Notes: a model not told the origin generated them from the letters alone. A stretch of DNA of 64,000 bases from Myxococcota bacterium (GCA_963676915.2 CAXXVK010000053.1:1-64000); one strand, 5' to 3'. Shown: positions 13,756-25,810, counted from the first letter of the stretch. Translations and numbers: made by a program.

Positions 13756-13801
13756 CGAGTTTCGATCCGGGAACGAATCATTCCCGAAAAGTAGTGATGG
13801 T

Positions 13802-16800
13802 TTACTCCTGGCACGGTCCCAGGCGCATACACCAACCATAGAGGGTTCCGCTATCGCCTGCGCCCTTATCTTCGAGTTGAAGCGTCCAGGTTCCCAGGCT
13901 GCTTTCCGCAGGATCGACGACCAACGAGTAGGAATCGCTGAAGCCCTGATATCGCGGTATGACAGAAATCACATTTTCGGAAGGTGTAACGAGATCGACA
14001 ACCATGTCACCCGGCCAGGTGTGGTCGATATCGATGGTCATGCAGATTTCGCTGACCTGCACGTCGTCTTCTATCACCATCTGGGATTCTACCGGAGTGT
14101 TATCCTCAAGCGCTAGAGTAAGATCCGTCAAGCAGACTTCTGGAGTCTGATCTGTCAGACAAGCCTGCTCGGTTTCATCCACAAAAAGCCTTCGTCACAG
14201 ACGCACATGAAGTAATCGGCTTCCATTTCAAGATCGATCACACAATGGGAGTTGGCCGAATAGAGGCTACCGCAATCCACGTCAGCGCAATAATCGATCT
14301 CTGTGCAGCCTACATCCATCTGCCAGTTTTCGTAATGCTGTCGCACACACACTGGCCGGTACCCTGATCGCAGGCGGCGTTGTCGAAGCATTCGACTTCG
14401 TAGCACAGGTCATTGACACATTCGCTGAGTTCTTCGTCCCAGATGTAGGTTTCTTCGCAGAAGCACTCGTAGGCCATAGGATCACTCGTGCTGTAGTTCC
14501 ACTCGCAAACCATGTGCGTTTCATCGGGATCGCCACATACCGGTACTTCAGCATCACAGGGATTGATGTGCTTCAGGATCTGCACATCATACGGATTGCA
14601 GACATCCGAACCGTACGGATAAATCTGGAGATAGTAGGTTCCGGTAGCCGGAACCACGTAACCGGTGATTGCCTCGTTGTCAGAGCTGCTGGCAGAAGAC
14701 CGCTCGTAATCGTACGATCCGCTGTTAGGTGCCGCATAATCCCACAACCTGATGTCGATATCGCCCAGATCGTCGAGGAACAAAACATTGATGGTAATCA
14801 CCTCGCCCTCTTCGAGGTCGAAGCTGTACCAATCGCGATCTTGTTCTTCACCGTAGGCTGAAACACCATGGAATTCGACACCCAACTCACCGTTGTCACC
14901 GACAACCGAATCCAATGCCAAGGAGGTTGCCGCATCCGAGGTGTCGTTGTCCTCATACTCATCGTCGTTGCAGGAGAACACGCAAACTTCACCTTCCATG
15001 ACGTAGTTGTCGTCACAGATGCAATCGCCCGTCAGCGGATCGCATTCGGAGTGTTCCGGGCATTCTGCTTCGGCGCAGAGATCCTCGATGCATTCCTCGG
15101 TGTCTCCCCACCAGATGTAGCCATCGGCACAGACACACTCGTAGGCAGCAAGGTTACTCGAGGTCGGATTCCATGCACAGGCCTGATGCGTCACTTCCGG
15201 ATCGCCGCAAATCATCGGATCCTCATCGCAAGGACTGATCGGTTTGATGACGTACAGCGCGTATGATTGCACATATAGGTGCCATACGGTTTAATTTCGA
15301 GATAATACGTTCCACCTTCTTCGGAGAGGTAGAATAATTCCTCGTCGTCACTGCTAGAAGACGAAGACGCCAATGCTCCGATATATATTCCGTTCTCGGC
15401 TTCGTAATCCCACAGTTTGATGTCGATATCGCCCATAGAGTGACTGAAGTAGGCACCAACCGCCACGGCTTCACCGGCGGCCAAGTCGAAACGATACCAG
15501 TCGTAGTCCTTGAGGGAAGAGTTTTCGGAAGCCGAAACACCGGAGATAAACGCTCCGAGTTCGCCGTTGGACCGACAACCTGATCCAGTGTCAGAACAGC
15601 CGCAGCACCGGATACATCATTGTCCTCCGATGTGTCGTCCTCACAGTAGAACACACATTCGTCACCGGCATCTCCACCGGTTTCCAACAGGAAGTTCTCG
15701 TCACAGACGCATTCGTACCCGAATTCGGTTTCCCAGTTAACCATGCAGGTGGCATGATCCTGGCAGCTTACATCGTAAGTGATGCAAGGATGCTCGACGC
15801 ATTCGGTTTCCTGCTTGTTCCAGACGTAATCCGTGGCGCAATCGCAGGTGTAATGACCTTCACTCGCGGGATCGAAAGAACATACCTGGTTTTCACCACA
15901 TGGATCGGCGTTGCAAGGATGGCTTTCGACGTACAGTTGAATCTCGTACGGGAGGCAAAGCAGCGGCTCCGAATCGCCGGTCTGGAACCACAAAGCCAAT
16001 CGCGTAGGATCATCGATGCCCAGGGTGAACTCGATCACCTTACCGCCTTCAACCCGTGTACCGAAGGCAACGACATCGAAAGTAGCCGGATTGATGAGGA
16101 AGAAGCTAGGAGATCCAGCTTCGGTGTCGTACCCGACAGACGCGTAAACCGTATCTCCAGGCATGGCACGGAAATCGAACCGGTCGGGAGATTCCTGACC
16201 TGCCAACACCATATCCGTCGCGGTGAACGGGGAAGTCTTCCACCACCACAGGCTCGTTCATGTACATGTCTTCTTCGCAGAACAGCTCGCAAGCGCCTTC
16301 TTCACTCTCGGTGTAGCCAGGCTCACAAACACATTCGTTGTAGGTCAAGTCGCCATCACCCAGCCAAGGAGCGAAGGTGCACTCTTCATGCTCGCCACAG
16401 GTATCTTCCGTGCAGGAGTCTTCCAGAGGCGCGATGTAAATATCGTACATCGCGCAGCTTCCACTGATGGGATTGTAAATCTGCATCAGGTAGAGGCCTT
16501 CCGTGGGAGCCTGCAAGAAGATGTTGGTGCTTTCTTCGAGGTAGTAGGAGGAAACCGGCTCGGGATACTGATCCATCAGGCTTTCCTGAGAGTAGAAGTT
16601 CACGATCAGCTGAGCATCATCTTCAATGTAGATCGAGGTAACGAACCACTGTTCGGCCATGAAGTAACCGGAGAACCAGTCTTCGTTGACTTCACCGTCC
16701 CAGTTCTTGGCGACAAGGTCGTTAGCGAAGCTTTCCTGCGTCGTGTCGATAACCACGGAGCTGAATCCGTCGTCGTTCGGCTCCAGGTAGTCGTCTTCGC

Positions 16801-19800
16801 ACACTTCCACACAGGCTTCCGCTTCGTCGTCCCAGGCATAGCCTTCCATGCAGACACAGCTGTAGTAGTCGGGAGCGGCTTCCCAATCGTTGACGCAGAT
16901 CATCATCGGGTCAATGGTGGCACAATCAACCTGACCCAGCGAGCAGTAGTCGATTTCCGTACAAGCGCTGTCGGGATTGCCATCTTCCGGCATTCCTTCG
17001 AAATGCTCGTCGCAGTAGCACAGGCCATCGGCTTCGTCGCAGAAGGCATTCATCGGGCATTCGACGCCCATGCAGTTGCCTTCGACACATTCGCCAAAAC
17101 CGTCATCCACGAAACCGTAATCGCAAACGCAGGTGAAGAAGGATTCTTCCTCCAGAGCGATTTCGCAATGCGCGTTGTCCTGGCAGATCACGCCGTCGCA
17201 GTAGTCGATCATTTCGCATCCGTAGTAAGGATCGAAATCGGCATAGTGCTCGTCACACAGGCAGATACCGCTGTCGGGATCGCAGGTGGAATTCATCGGG
17301 CAGTAGTTTTCGAAGCAGAGATCCACGTCGCACATGACGTCGGGATCGCCCACGAAACCTTCGTCGCACATGCATTCGCCGCTCATCGGGTCGCAAGTGG
17401 CGTTGGTGCCGCAGGTCACATCCAGGCAAGGATCGGCAATGCAGCCACCGAAGGCGTCGCCCAGGAATCCGCCGAACGGGTCCGGCTGGTTTCCGGGATC
17501 GGGGAGATAGCCGTCGTTGCAAACACAAGTGACAGGCGCTTCTTGCTGGGCACCTTCACCGGTGTAGTCCAACACGCACTGGGCGTTGGTACCGCAATCC
17601 ATCTGGTATTCCTGCCCCAAGATCGTGCAATAATCGATCGGCGTACAACCAGCATCGGGATCACCCATGAAGAATTCGTCGCAAACGCAGGCTTCTTCGT
17701 AGGGGTCGCAGAAGGCATTGTCGCCGCAAGTTATTTCGACACAAGGATCGGCTACGCATTCGCCGTCCACTTCGTACGTACCGGGATCGCATTCACAGAC
17801 GTAGTAGTCCGGGAGCATATCCAGGTCTTCCACACAGGAACGGCCTTCACCGCAATCCACTCCGGCGCAGTAATCGACCGGCACACAGCCATCGACTTCA
17901 TTCCAGGAGTAATGCTCGTAGCAATCGCAAATCCCGAGGTAAGGATCGCAGGTTCCGAACTCACCACAAGGCATGTCGGCACACTGATCGGCGAAGCAAC
18001 CCAGCGTGTAGGGATTACCCAGGAAGCCATCCTCGCAGTAACATTGACCGTTGGACGGATCGCACAGCGAGTTCTCGGGGCATTCCGCGTTGAGACAAAG
18101 GTCCGGCAGGCAACGGCCGAGTTCGTCGTTCCAGGGGAAGCCATCGTCGCAGACACACTCGTAATAGTCGTTTTCAGCCAGTTCGAGATCGATTTCACAG
18201 TGGGAGTATTCCGAGTACTCCATGCCGCAGTCGATGTCCATGCAGTAATCGATCGCCGTGCAACCTTCGACGGGATCGCCTTCGAAATGGTCGTCACAGA
18301 GACACTCGTAATAGATATCGGCAATTTCCCAGTTGACGTTGCAGGTGGCGTTGTCACCGCAGGTTACACCATCGCAGTAGTCGATTTCGGTGCAGCCGGT
18401 ATAGGCATCGCCTTCATAATGCATGTCGCAGACACACTCGTAATATTGGTCATCGACATCCCAGTTGATTTCGCAAGCCGCGAAATCGCCGCAGGTTACG
18501 CCGTCGCAGTAGTCGATCGGCGTGCAGGCGGAGTCGGGATCGCCGTCCGTCGGGGTGCCTTCATAGTGCATGTCGCACTGACAGGAACCGTCTTCGACGT
18601 CGCAGTAGGAAAACTCGGGACATTCGACACCAAAGCAGCTGCCGACCACGCACTCGCCTTCGCCATTGTCTACATACCCGTAATCACAGGTACATTCGTA
18701 GTATTCCGGCACGACTTCGTAGTTGACCTGGCAGCTGGCGTTGTCCTGGCAGGTTACGCCGTCGCAGTAATCGATCAGCGTGCAGCCATTCATAGGATCG
18801 AAGTCACCATAGTGCTCGTCACAGAGGCAGTAGCCGTTGGTCGGATCGCAATAGGAAAACGCCGGGCATTCTTTGTTGAAGCAAAGATCCTCTTCGCAAG
18901 CCGTATCCGGGTCGCCCGTGAATCCTTCGTCGCAGGCGCAATCGCCGGTCATCGGATCGCAGGTGGCGTTGTCGCCGCAGGTCACGTTCAGGCAGGCATC
19001 CATCACGCAATCGCCGGTTTCCGTATCCAGGATGTAATCGTCGTCACAGACGCATTCGTAATAATCCATGTCCATGTCGAGATTGATCACGCAGGAAGCA
19101 TTATCCTGGCAGTTCACGTCGGCGCAGTAGTCGATCATCGTGCAGGCACTACCCGCATTGTCCGCCACGGGGGTTCCTTCGTAATGCATGTCGCAGTAGC
19201 AAAGGGTATCCACCGGGTTACAATAGGAATTGTCAGGACAATTGACCGCGACACAAGGATCGGCGGTGCATCCACCCATACCGTCGTCGATGGTTCCGTC
19301 ATCGCAAACACACTCGTAGAAATCATCCGCAACACCGAGATCGATTTCGCAATGTTTGCCCGTATCGCAGCTCACGCCATCGCAGTAATCGGTGGCCAGG
19401 CAGCCATCGGTCTGATCCCAGGTGTAATGCGTGTTGCAAGTACAAATACCGTCCATCGGGTTGCAAGCACCGTTGTCCCCGCAGGGAACGCCGACGCACA
19501 GGTCTTCGTAGCAGCCGTTCGTGTCGTAGGGATCGCCCAAGTAACCCGTGTCGCAGGAGCACAGGCCGGTGGTCGAATCGCAGGTGGCATTGTCACCACA
19601 GTTCACGCCTTCGCAAAGATCCGGCAGACAGGCGTTGAAATCGGCGTTCCAGGGGAAGCCATCGTTGCAAACGCACTCGTAATAGTTGTCTTCCTCGAGA
19701 TTGACGACACAATGGGAGTTGACCGAGTACAGCTGACGGCAGTTGACACCGGAGCAGTAGTTGATCATCTCGCAACCCGTATCGGGATTACCAGCATAAT

Positions 19801-20800
19801 GCTCGTCACACACGCACATCCAGCCGGCATCCAGCTCGTAATTGATTTCGCAATGTGCGTTCGTGCCGCAGCTTTCGGTTGCACAGTAATTGATACCGGT
19901 GCATTCGGTCGTCGCGTCGCCTTCATAATGCGTATCGCAAACACATTGGTAATTATCTTCCAGTTCGAGATCCATTTCGCAATGGGCGTTCGTGCCGCAG
20001 GTCACGCCGTCGCAGTAGTCGATGGCGGTGCATTCGGTGGTGGCGTCACCCTCGAAATGCTCGTCACAGACGCATTCGTAATAATCTTCGAGTTCCAGGT
20101 TGATGACACAGTGGGCGTTCGTGCCGCAGGTTACGCCATCGCAGTAATCGATCAGCGTACAGCCCGCATCCGCGTCGCCTTCGTAGTGTTCGTCACAAAC
20201 GCAATCGCCTTCCACACAGGAGGCATTGTCACCGCAGGTCACGTTCGTGCAAGGATCGACCGCCGTGCAACCCGCATCCGGATCGCCTTCAAAGCCATCG
20301 TCACAAGCACAGTCGCCGGTCGTGGTATCGCAGGTGGCGTTGTCGCCGCAGGTCACGTCCGCGCAGAGATCGACAGCCGTACAACCCGCATCCGGGTCGC
20401 CTTCATAGCCATCGTCACAAGCACAGTCGCCGGTCGTGGTATCGCAGGTGGCGTTGTCACCGCAGGTTACGTCGGCGCAAAGATCGGCCACAGCGGTACA
20501 ACCCGCATCCGGGTCGCCTTCGAAGCCATCGTCACACACGCAGTCACCTTCGACGCAAGAGGCATTGTCGCCGCAAGTCACGTCCGCGCAGGGATCGGCG
20601 GCAGCAATACAAGTACCGTCGTTCTGGTCGCGTTCGTATCCCGAAACGCATTCGCAACTACCGGACACACAAACTTCGTTGGCATCGCAGGTCACGTTTT
20701 CGCAGGGATCACCCGGCTCGCCGTCATCGCTGCCGCAACCCACGGCAACCAACATGGACATCGTGAGAAGGAGAATCAGTATCTTGTTGGATAGATTCAT
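13802..20800 (-). CDS. Giant acidic EGF-like repeat lipoprotein with PPC-like domains and a terminal proprotein-convertase P domain (frameshifted in the 3' third)
   Basis: Lipobox VAVGC. About 30 six-Cys modules (CGxNAxC...CxCDxx[YF]xGDPxxGC) in ORF 16106-20800. PPC-like DWYxF...GDIDIxLWD...GTYYLxI units in ORFs 14310-16212. P-domain HTWPGDM...GTWTLQLED.GAGDSGTL in 13802-14182. Confidence 0.8.
20226..20590 (-). repeat. Near-identical tandem EGF-module DNA repeats (114 bp period)
   Basis: The stretch gccatcgtcacaagcacagtcgccggtcgtggtatcgcaggtggcgttgtc occurs at both 20294 and 20408. Confidence 0.85.
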
Positions 20801-20931
20801 GTTCCTTTCCCTTCCTTTCCCAAAGGTAAAAAAATCAATCGACTCAATATGATACAGCGCAAAATCTGCAACGCGGGACTCCCCACGGTTTTTGCTTCAA
20901 TCTTCAATTCAGTAAAAAGCGTGCATCAAAC

Positions 20932-20960
20932 AAGATAGGCGAACCGACTTTTCCGGTCAA
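20932..20960 (-). promoter_or_regulatory. Candidate sigma70 promoter of the giant EGF-repeat gene
   Basis: TTGACC-17nt-TATCTT on the minus strand, about 130 nt upstream of ATG 20800. Confidence 0.4.
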
Positions 20961-21070
20961 GCGAAAAACATTTTCAAGCAGCTTTTATCCTTAAGAGAAT
21001 ATTGCGTTTTTTCTATTTTCGATTCGAGCGAAAATACTTATCTATCTGTTATCTTTACACTTTGAAGAGA

Positions 21071-21703
21071 TTAAAATATCAGCATTGCGCGAGCCGGTGC
21101 CGCTTCCGCACCTTCGATCCTCAACGGACAGCACACCAGCGTGCAGCGCCCTTCGGGAACACCTTCCAGCCACAAACCTTCCAGGATCAAAACGCCGTTT
21201 CCCAGCAACTCCCGATGTACGGGAAATGCTCCGTCGGCTCCATCTTCAATCGAAAGAGCATCGATTCCGACAAGTTGCAGCTCTTTTTCCACGCACCAAC
21301 GCGCCACGGCAGGCGTCACAGGCGAAACAACCGAAACGTCCTCCGGTCTGTTTCGAATTCCTTCGGGAAGCCGAAACAGCACGGCATCTCCCGGTGAAAC
21401 ATCCAAACGATCGAGCCTTTCCGTAACGGTTTCGTCGTTTTCGCGCCAATCGACGACAAAAGCCTTTAAAAAGCATGAAGATACACCAAACACTTCAGAC
21501 GTCGCCCCGTTCGGGATGAAATGCGACGGAGCATCGAGGTGGGTTCCGCTATGAAGTGAGAGCGTCAAACGACTCAAGGTGTAGGGATCTCCGTGTTCCA
21601 GGTCCGAAATTCGCTCCAAACGAACCTCTGGATCTCCCGGATACACCGCCATCCGAGGTCCAAGCGGCAAACTGACATCGTAAATTTTTTTATCGTTCCA
21701 CAT
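21071..21703 (-). CDS. Cyclase family protein (kynurenine formamidase KynB-like)
   Basis: HSGTHLDAPSH motif, VGIDALSI, HRELL..GVLILEGL. Confidence 0.9.
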   Translation of the reverse strand: MWNDKKIYDVSLPLGPRMAVYPGDPEVRLERISDLEHGDPYTLSRLTLSLHSGTHLDAPSHFIPNGATSEVFGVSSCFLKAFVVDWRENDETVTERLDRLDVSPGDAVLFRLPEGIRNRPEDVSVVSPVTPAVARWCVEKELQLVGIDALSIEDGADGAFPVHRELLGNGVLILEGLWLEGVPEGRCTLVCCPLRIEGAEAAPARAMLIF

Positions 21704-21762
21704 GGTTCCCGTTAAACATTGTGATTTGAAATATTCTGCGCAAACGAAATTCTCCAGGCGAC

Positions 21763-21789
21763 AAAAAAAGGCTCCCCGCAGGGAGCCTT
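21763..21789 (-). terminator. Rho-independent terminator after the HU gene
   Basis: AAGGCTCCC-N4-GGGAGCCTT stem followed by a T-tract on the minus strand. Confidence 0.8.
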
Positions 21790-21812
21790 GGAAACAACCA
21801 TGCCCGGAGAAT

Positions 21813-22280
21813 TTACAGGATGTCTTTCAGTTTGGGCGTGGGCTTGAAGGCCACAGTCTTGCTGGCCTTGATTTTGAGGGGTTCGCCGGTCTGCGGATTG
21901 CGGCCCATGCGAGCTTTGCGCTTACGAACGTTGAACGTACCGAAGCCCGGAACCGTCAGGCGTTTTTTGCGCTTGATCGAAATGGAAATGATTTCGAAAA
22001 GGTTGTTCACGATTTCGTTGGTGGCCTTCGTCGTCAATTCGAGATCGCCCATGCTGGCTTTCAGTTCCTCGATCAGGGCTGCCTTGGTTTCGACGGCTTT
22101 GGGCTTCCATACTTTCTTCTTCGGTGCCTTTTTGGCCGGAGCCTTCTTGGCTGGGGTTTTCTTGGCGACGGCTTTCTTCTCCGGAGCCTTCTTGGCTACA
22201 GCTTTCTTCGCCGGAGCCTTTTTGGCTGCAGCTTTCTTGGCCGGAGCTTTTTTGGCGGGTGCCTTCTTTGCCTTTGGCAT
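21813..22280 (-). CDS. hup: HU family DNA-binding protein with histone H1-like N-terminal Lys/Ala/Pro tail
   Basis: GFGTFNVRKRKARMGRNPQTGE HU signature; about 55 aa of (A/P)AKKA repeats at the N-terminus. Confidence 0.92.
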   Translation of the reverse strand: MPKAKKAPAKKAPAKKAAAKKAPAKKAVAKKAPEKKAVAKKTPAKKAPAKKAPKKKVWKPKAVETKAALIEELKASMGDLELTTKATNEIVNNLFEIISISIKRKKRLTVPGFGTFNVRKRKARMGRNPQTGEPLKIKASKTVAFKPTPKLKDIL

Positions 22281-22805
22281 CTTCCTTCTCCTTCGTCTGG
22301 GGTTAAAGTGAGCGCTGTTTAATAATTATATTTTATATATACTTGAAAGTTTGAAGAGTCAAGAAAAAAAACGATTTCAGCCTTATTTTACAAGGGGTTG
22401 CGTGGTTTTCATGATTCGCCAATTTGCTTTCGACTCGTAAAAAAAAGGTGCACCCCAACACAAAAGACATCATTTCTTCTATATTTTCAATAGGTTACTC
22501 GTACCACCCCCTATAAAACAAGGCTGCAAACGGCTGTTTTTCGGGAAAAAGACAAAAATTCGCCAAATTTCGCACACTGTTGCTCCATGAACTTGCACAT
22601 CCCCAAAAATTCCATCGTTGCAGATCGTTGTTGAGCGCCAAGAAAGGAAGAAAACGATTCGGAAGCCCCTTTCGAAATTCCTTTACAATTCATGGAAATC
22701 AAACAAAAATTTCTTCATAAAATGGCAAAATGATTTTCATGAATATCCACCTGTCGGCATTTCTTCGAATGGTGAAACGTTTCGCTTTCTGCAAAGGAAA
22801 AGTCA

Positions 22806-23840
22806 TTGAGAAATTCAGCCCGCAATCAACAAGCTTTGTTTTCGACGTATCGCACGCCTTTTCACCAGTGGGGTTTATGGCTTGTCCCGTTCATGGCACT
22901 GTTGCTGCTTTGCGCCTGCGGTTCGGACGACGAATCCGACAATAACGGAGGAGCAGACAACGACGAGGAAGCCATTCCAACCGAAACCGACAACGAAGAC
23001 TCCCCGATTTTCCGTTTCGTCGTTCTGGCAGACACCCACATCATCGATGAGTATTACACGGGCAGCGAGACCTCCATTTACAACACCGAAGCGTATCTGA
23101 CCCAGATTCAGAGCTATATCAACGAGTTTCCCGAAACACTGGACATGATCCTCATCTGCGGAGATGTCGTTCACAACTATCCGTCCAGTGACTGGGATTT
23201 TCTGATGGACACCCGCACCCGTTTCGACATCGCCAGCGACCTGATCGACGGCTTCGATATTCCGGTGTATATCGGTTTCGGCAACCACGATTACGACATC
23301 CGCAACGTGACCCGCGACTTCACCCACAAGCTCTACAAAGAAAAATTCGGCGTCGATCCCTACTATTACGTGGATCACAAAGGCTATCGCTTTATTCACA
23401 TCAACAATTTTCTCGGCGACACCTGGAATCCCGAAAGCGAACTGTACGACACGGATTTCGGCTCGTTGGGAGCGGACCAACTGGAGTGGCTGGAAAACCT
23501 TTTGAAAGAAGGAAAACCTACGTTCCTTTTCCTGCACTACATGCTGCCGCTGATCCAGGAAGACGAGTTCGGCGACTCGGACCTGAAAGACCTGATCAAG
23601 CAGTACGGGGATACTATCGAGTTCGTGTTTTCGGGCCACACCCACACCTGGATGGATTTAGGCGACGATTTCGGTGCCCCCAACTGGGTGGTGGCTTCCT
23701 GCCGCTACGACCCGGATGCCTACCTCTTCGTGGAAGTGAACACCCAGACGGGCGAATTCTATTTCCTCAACGAAGACTGCTTCGGACCGCTGTCCGCAGA
23801 CACCCTGCCGTATTTGGGCGGCGAGGGCTGCGGACGCTGA
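22806..23840 (+). CDS. Calcineurin-like metallophosphoesterase lipoprotein
   Basis: DTH, GD, GNHD, H and GHTH motifs; lipobox LCAC. Start codon uncertain. Confidence 0.88.
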   Translation: MRNSARNQQALFSTYRTPFHQWGLWLVPFMALLLLCACGSDDESDNNGGADNDEEAIPTETDNEDSPIFRFVVLADTHIIDEYYTGSETSIYNTEAYLTQIQSYINEFPETLDMILICGDVVHNYPSSDWDFLMDTRTRFDIASDLIDGFDIPVYIGFGNHDYDIRNVTRDFTHKLYKEKFGVDPYYYVDHKGYRFIHINNFLGDTWNPESELYDTDFGSLGADQLEWLENLLKEGKPTFLFLHYMLPLIQEDEFGDSDLKDLIKQYGDTIEFVFSGHTHTWMDLGDDFGAPNWVVASCRYDPDAYLFVEVNTQTGEFYFLNEDCFGPLSADTLPYLGGEGCGR

Positions 23841-23847
23841 CCGAGCG

Positions 23848-25565
23848 TTACGGCGCACCGTAAATCGCACTGTCCTTGGGGTACTCGATTTTGTAATCCA
23901 GCACGATTTCGCGGTTTTTCCCTTTGGGAATATCCAGCGTCCAGGTGAGTACACCGGGTTTCTCTCGATCTTTTTCGAAACCTTTTGTCGTCTTTTCACC
24001 CAATTCGACGCGGATTTTCTCGTTCTGGGACACAGAATCCGTTCGTGCAGTTTCACCGACACCGCCTTTGTGGAATAGGTGTTGCTCACTTTGATGCTGT
24101 AGCGGTACTGCATTTCGGTGGATTTCTCGAACACGCCGCTCTCCGAGCGTTTTCGGTTCAACAATCGACGTTCCACCCGCACCCGCTCATCGATACCGAA
24201 CGGCAGGGTCAGTTCTTCTCCGGCCTGGGTGGTTTGCAGGCTGGCGCGTCCCACGTAATCATCCTGCATGAACAGGTTCATCTCTCCCGCTAGCATCGGG
24301 AAATCGAAACGATTTTCGGTTTTGGCGGCAAGGTAGGCGTGGGGGCTGATCTCGGGCGCTACCTCGTAATGAGAAGCCGCCTGCCAAACCTTGGATAACA
24401 GGAAAATCTTGTGTACCTGGTTATCGCTTGGAATCCGGCTTTTCGTGGGAGCGGTAAACGTCGCCATCCCTACGGTATCTAACGTCGCTTGCGCCATTTC
24501 AAATCGTCTTCTTGCATCGTTGCCAGTCAACAACGCCCCCATAGCTCCAGTTCCGGCCAACATAGATTCGTCTTCCATCGCTTCTGGTGCAGTTTCTTCT
24601 AGCCTTTTGCGACTTTTGCCAAGTACTGGCTGGGGCGATTGAATGTTGACGTAGCGGGGGTATAGTTCGGGAATCGTCCCGCTGATCGACGGCCTGGCCG
24701 TGGAAAGCACCAACTCCACGTCGTTCCAATCGGTTCCGGTGTTCTGCACGACCGTGGCATATACGCCGACCTCGACATCTCCTTTGTCGGGGAAAATCCG
24801 GGCATCGTAGACCATGCTCCAGCGGGCATTCGGAACCAGGTAGGTGGCCGAAAGCGCGAAACGACCGGGCTTGAGCACCTCGACATCCACATGCGCCACG
24901 GTGGTCCAGCGTCCCCGCTTCGAACGAAGCTGATTGAGTTGGGTCTGCGCGTTTTGCATTTCTTTTTTCAACTCTGCGCGTTTTTTGTCGAATTCGCGGA
25001 TTTTAGCCGACAACCCGGAAACTTTTCGACTGACGAACTCCCCGGCTTTCATCCAGTCGTTCACGTTCATTTTACGCAAGGCAAGATTGCTGGACGTATC
25101 TTTTGCGTAGGTGGAAACCAGCGACTCGACGAACTTTTTCTCGGACTGCACGGCGGAGATTTCGTCTGAAAACTCCTGATCTTTGCGCTGAAAATTCTCC
25201 AGTTGCGCCGTCAGGAGCTTGATTTCCTCATCGATTTCCTCGGTGGCGAACTTTCGTTCGAGCGCAGAGCCAAGCACGCGCACACGGGCCGAGCCTTCCC
25301 CGCCGAACTGAAACGATTCCTGTGTGGCATGCCGCGACAAGCCGACGAGATCCAGCCGGACCGGACCCTTGCCGGTGAACGTCACCGAGCCGGTCCGTTC
25401 GACCCGCGCCATAGAAGGAAACACCGTCGCCTGTTTCACCGTCGTTTCGACAGGCAGAACCGTTTCCGTCTCTACCGCTGCAACCCATGACGGGAGGATC
25501 AGACAAAAAAGACCCAACCAGAACCAGGTACCCCATCCGAACCGTCGGATATTCGAATCACGCAT
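23848..25565 (-). CDS. DUF4140/DUF4139 (MuiA-like) exported protein; one frameshift near 24035
   Basis: ATVFPSMARVER, YLVPNARWSMVYDAR, VQNTGTDWNDVELVLSTARP and LPFGID motifs; C-terminus in ORF 23848-24033. Confidence 0.85.
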
Positions 25566-25810
25566 GGCGATCTCCCTTTTTCCGATGAAATGGAAATTGC
25601 ATGTCCCTTCGGGGGACGTTTACCCAACCCGCGGCGAGTCACGATGTCTTATGTATTCAGATGCTTGAACACAGGGGAAGCGGTCTGCCAGGACGTTCAT
25701 CGTGGATTTCAACGCAGAAAGAAATCCTGCAACGGCTTGATATTTAACGAACTTGTATAGATTTTGAAAACGAATTTAACGATAAAACGTTGTATTTTCG
25801 GAAATCACAC

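Noticed and set aside
16223-20794. 1523-aa ORF antisense to the giant EGF gene
   Set aside because: Shadow ORF: the sense gene rarely uses TTA/CTA/TCA codons, so the antisense frame lacks stops. The translation is V/A/I/G-rich with no motifs.
16106-20800. CRISPR array or DGR template/variable repeats in the repetitive region
   Set aside because: The repeats are in-frame protein modules with synonymous variation; there are no unique spacers, cas genes or reverse transcriptase in the window.
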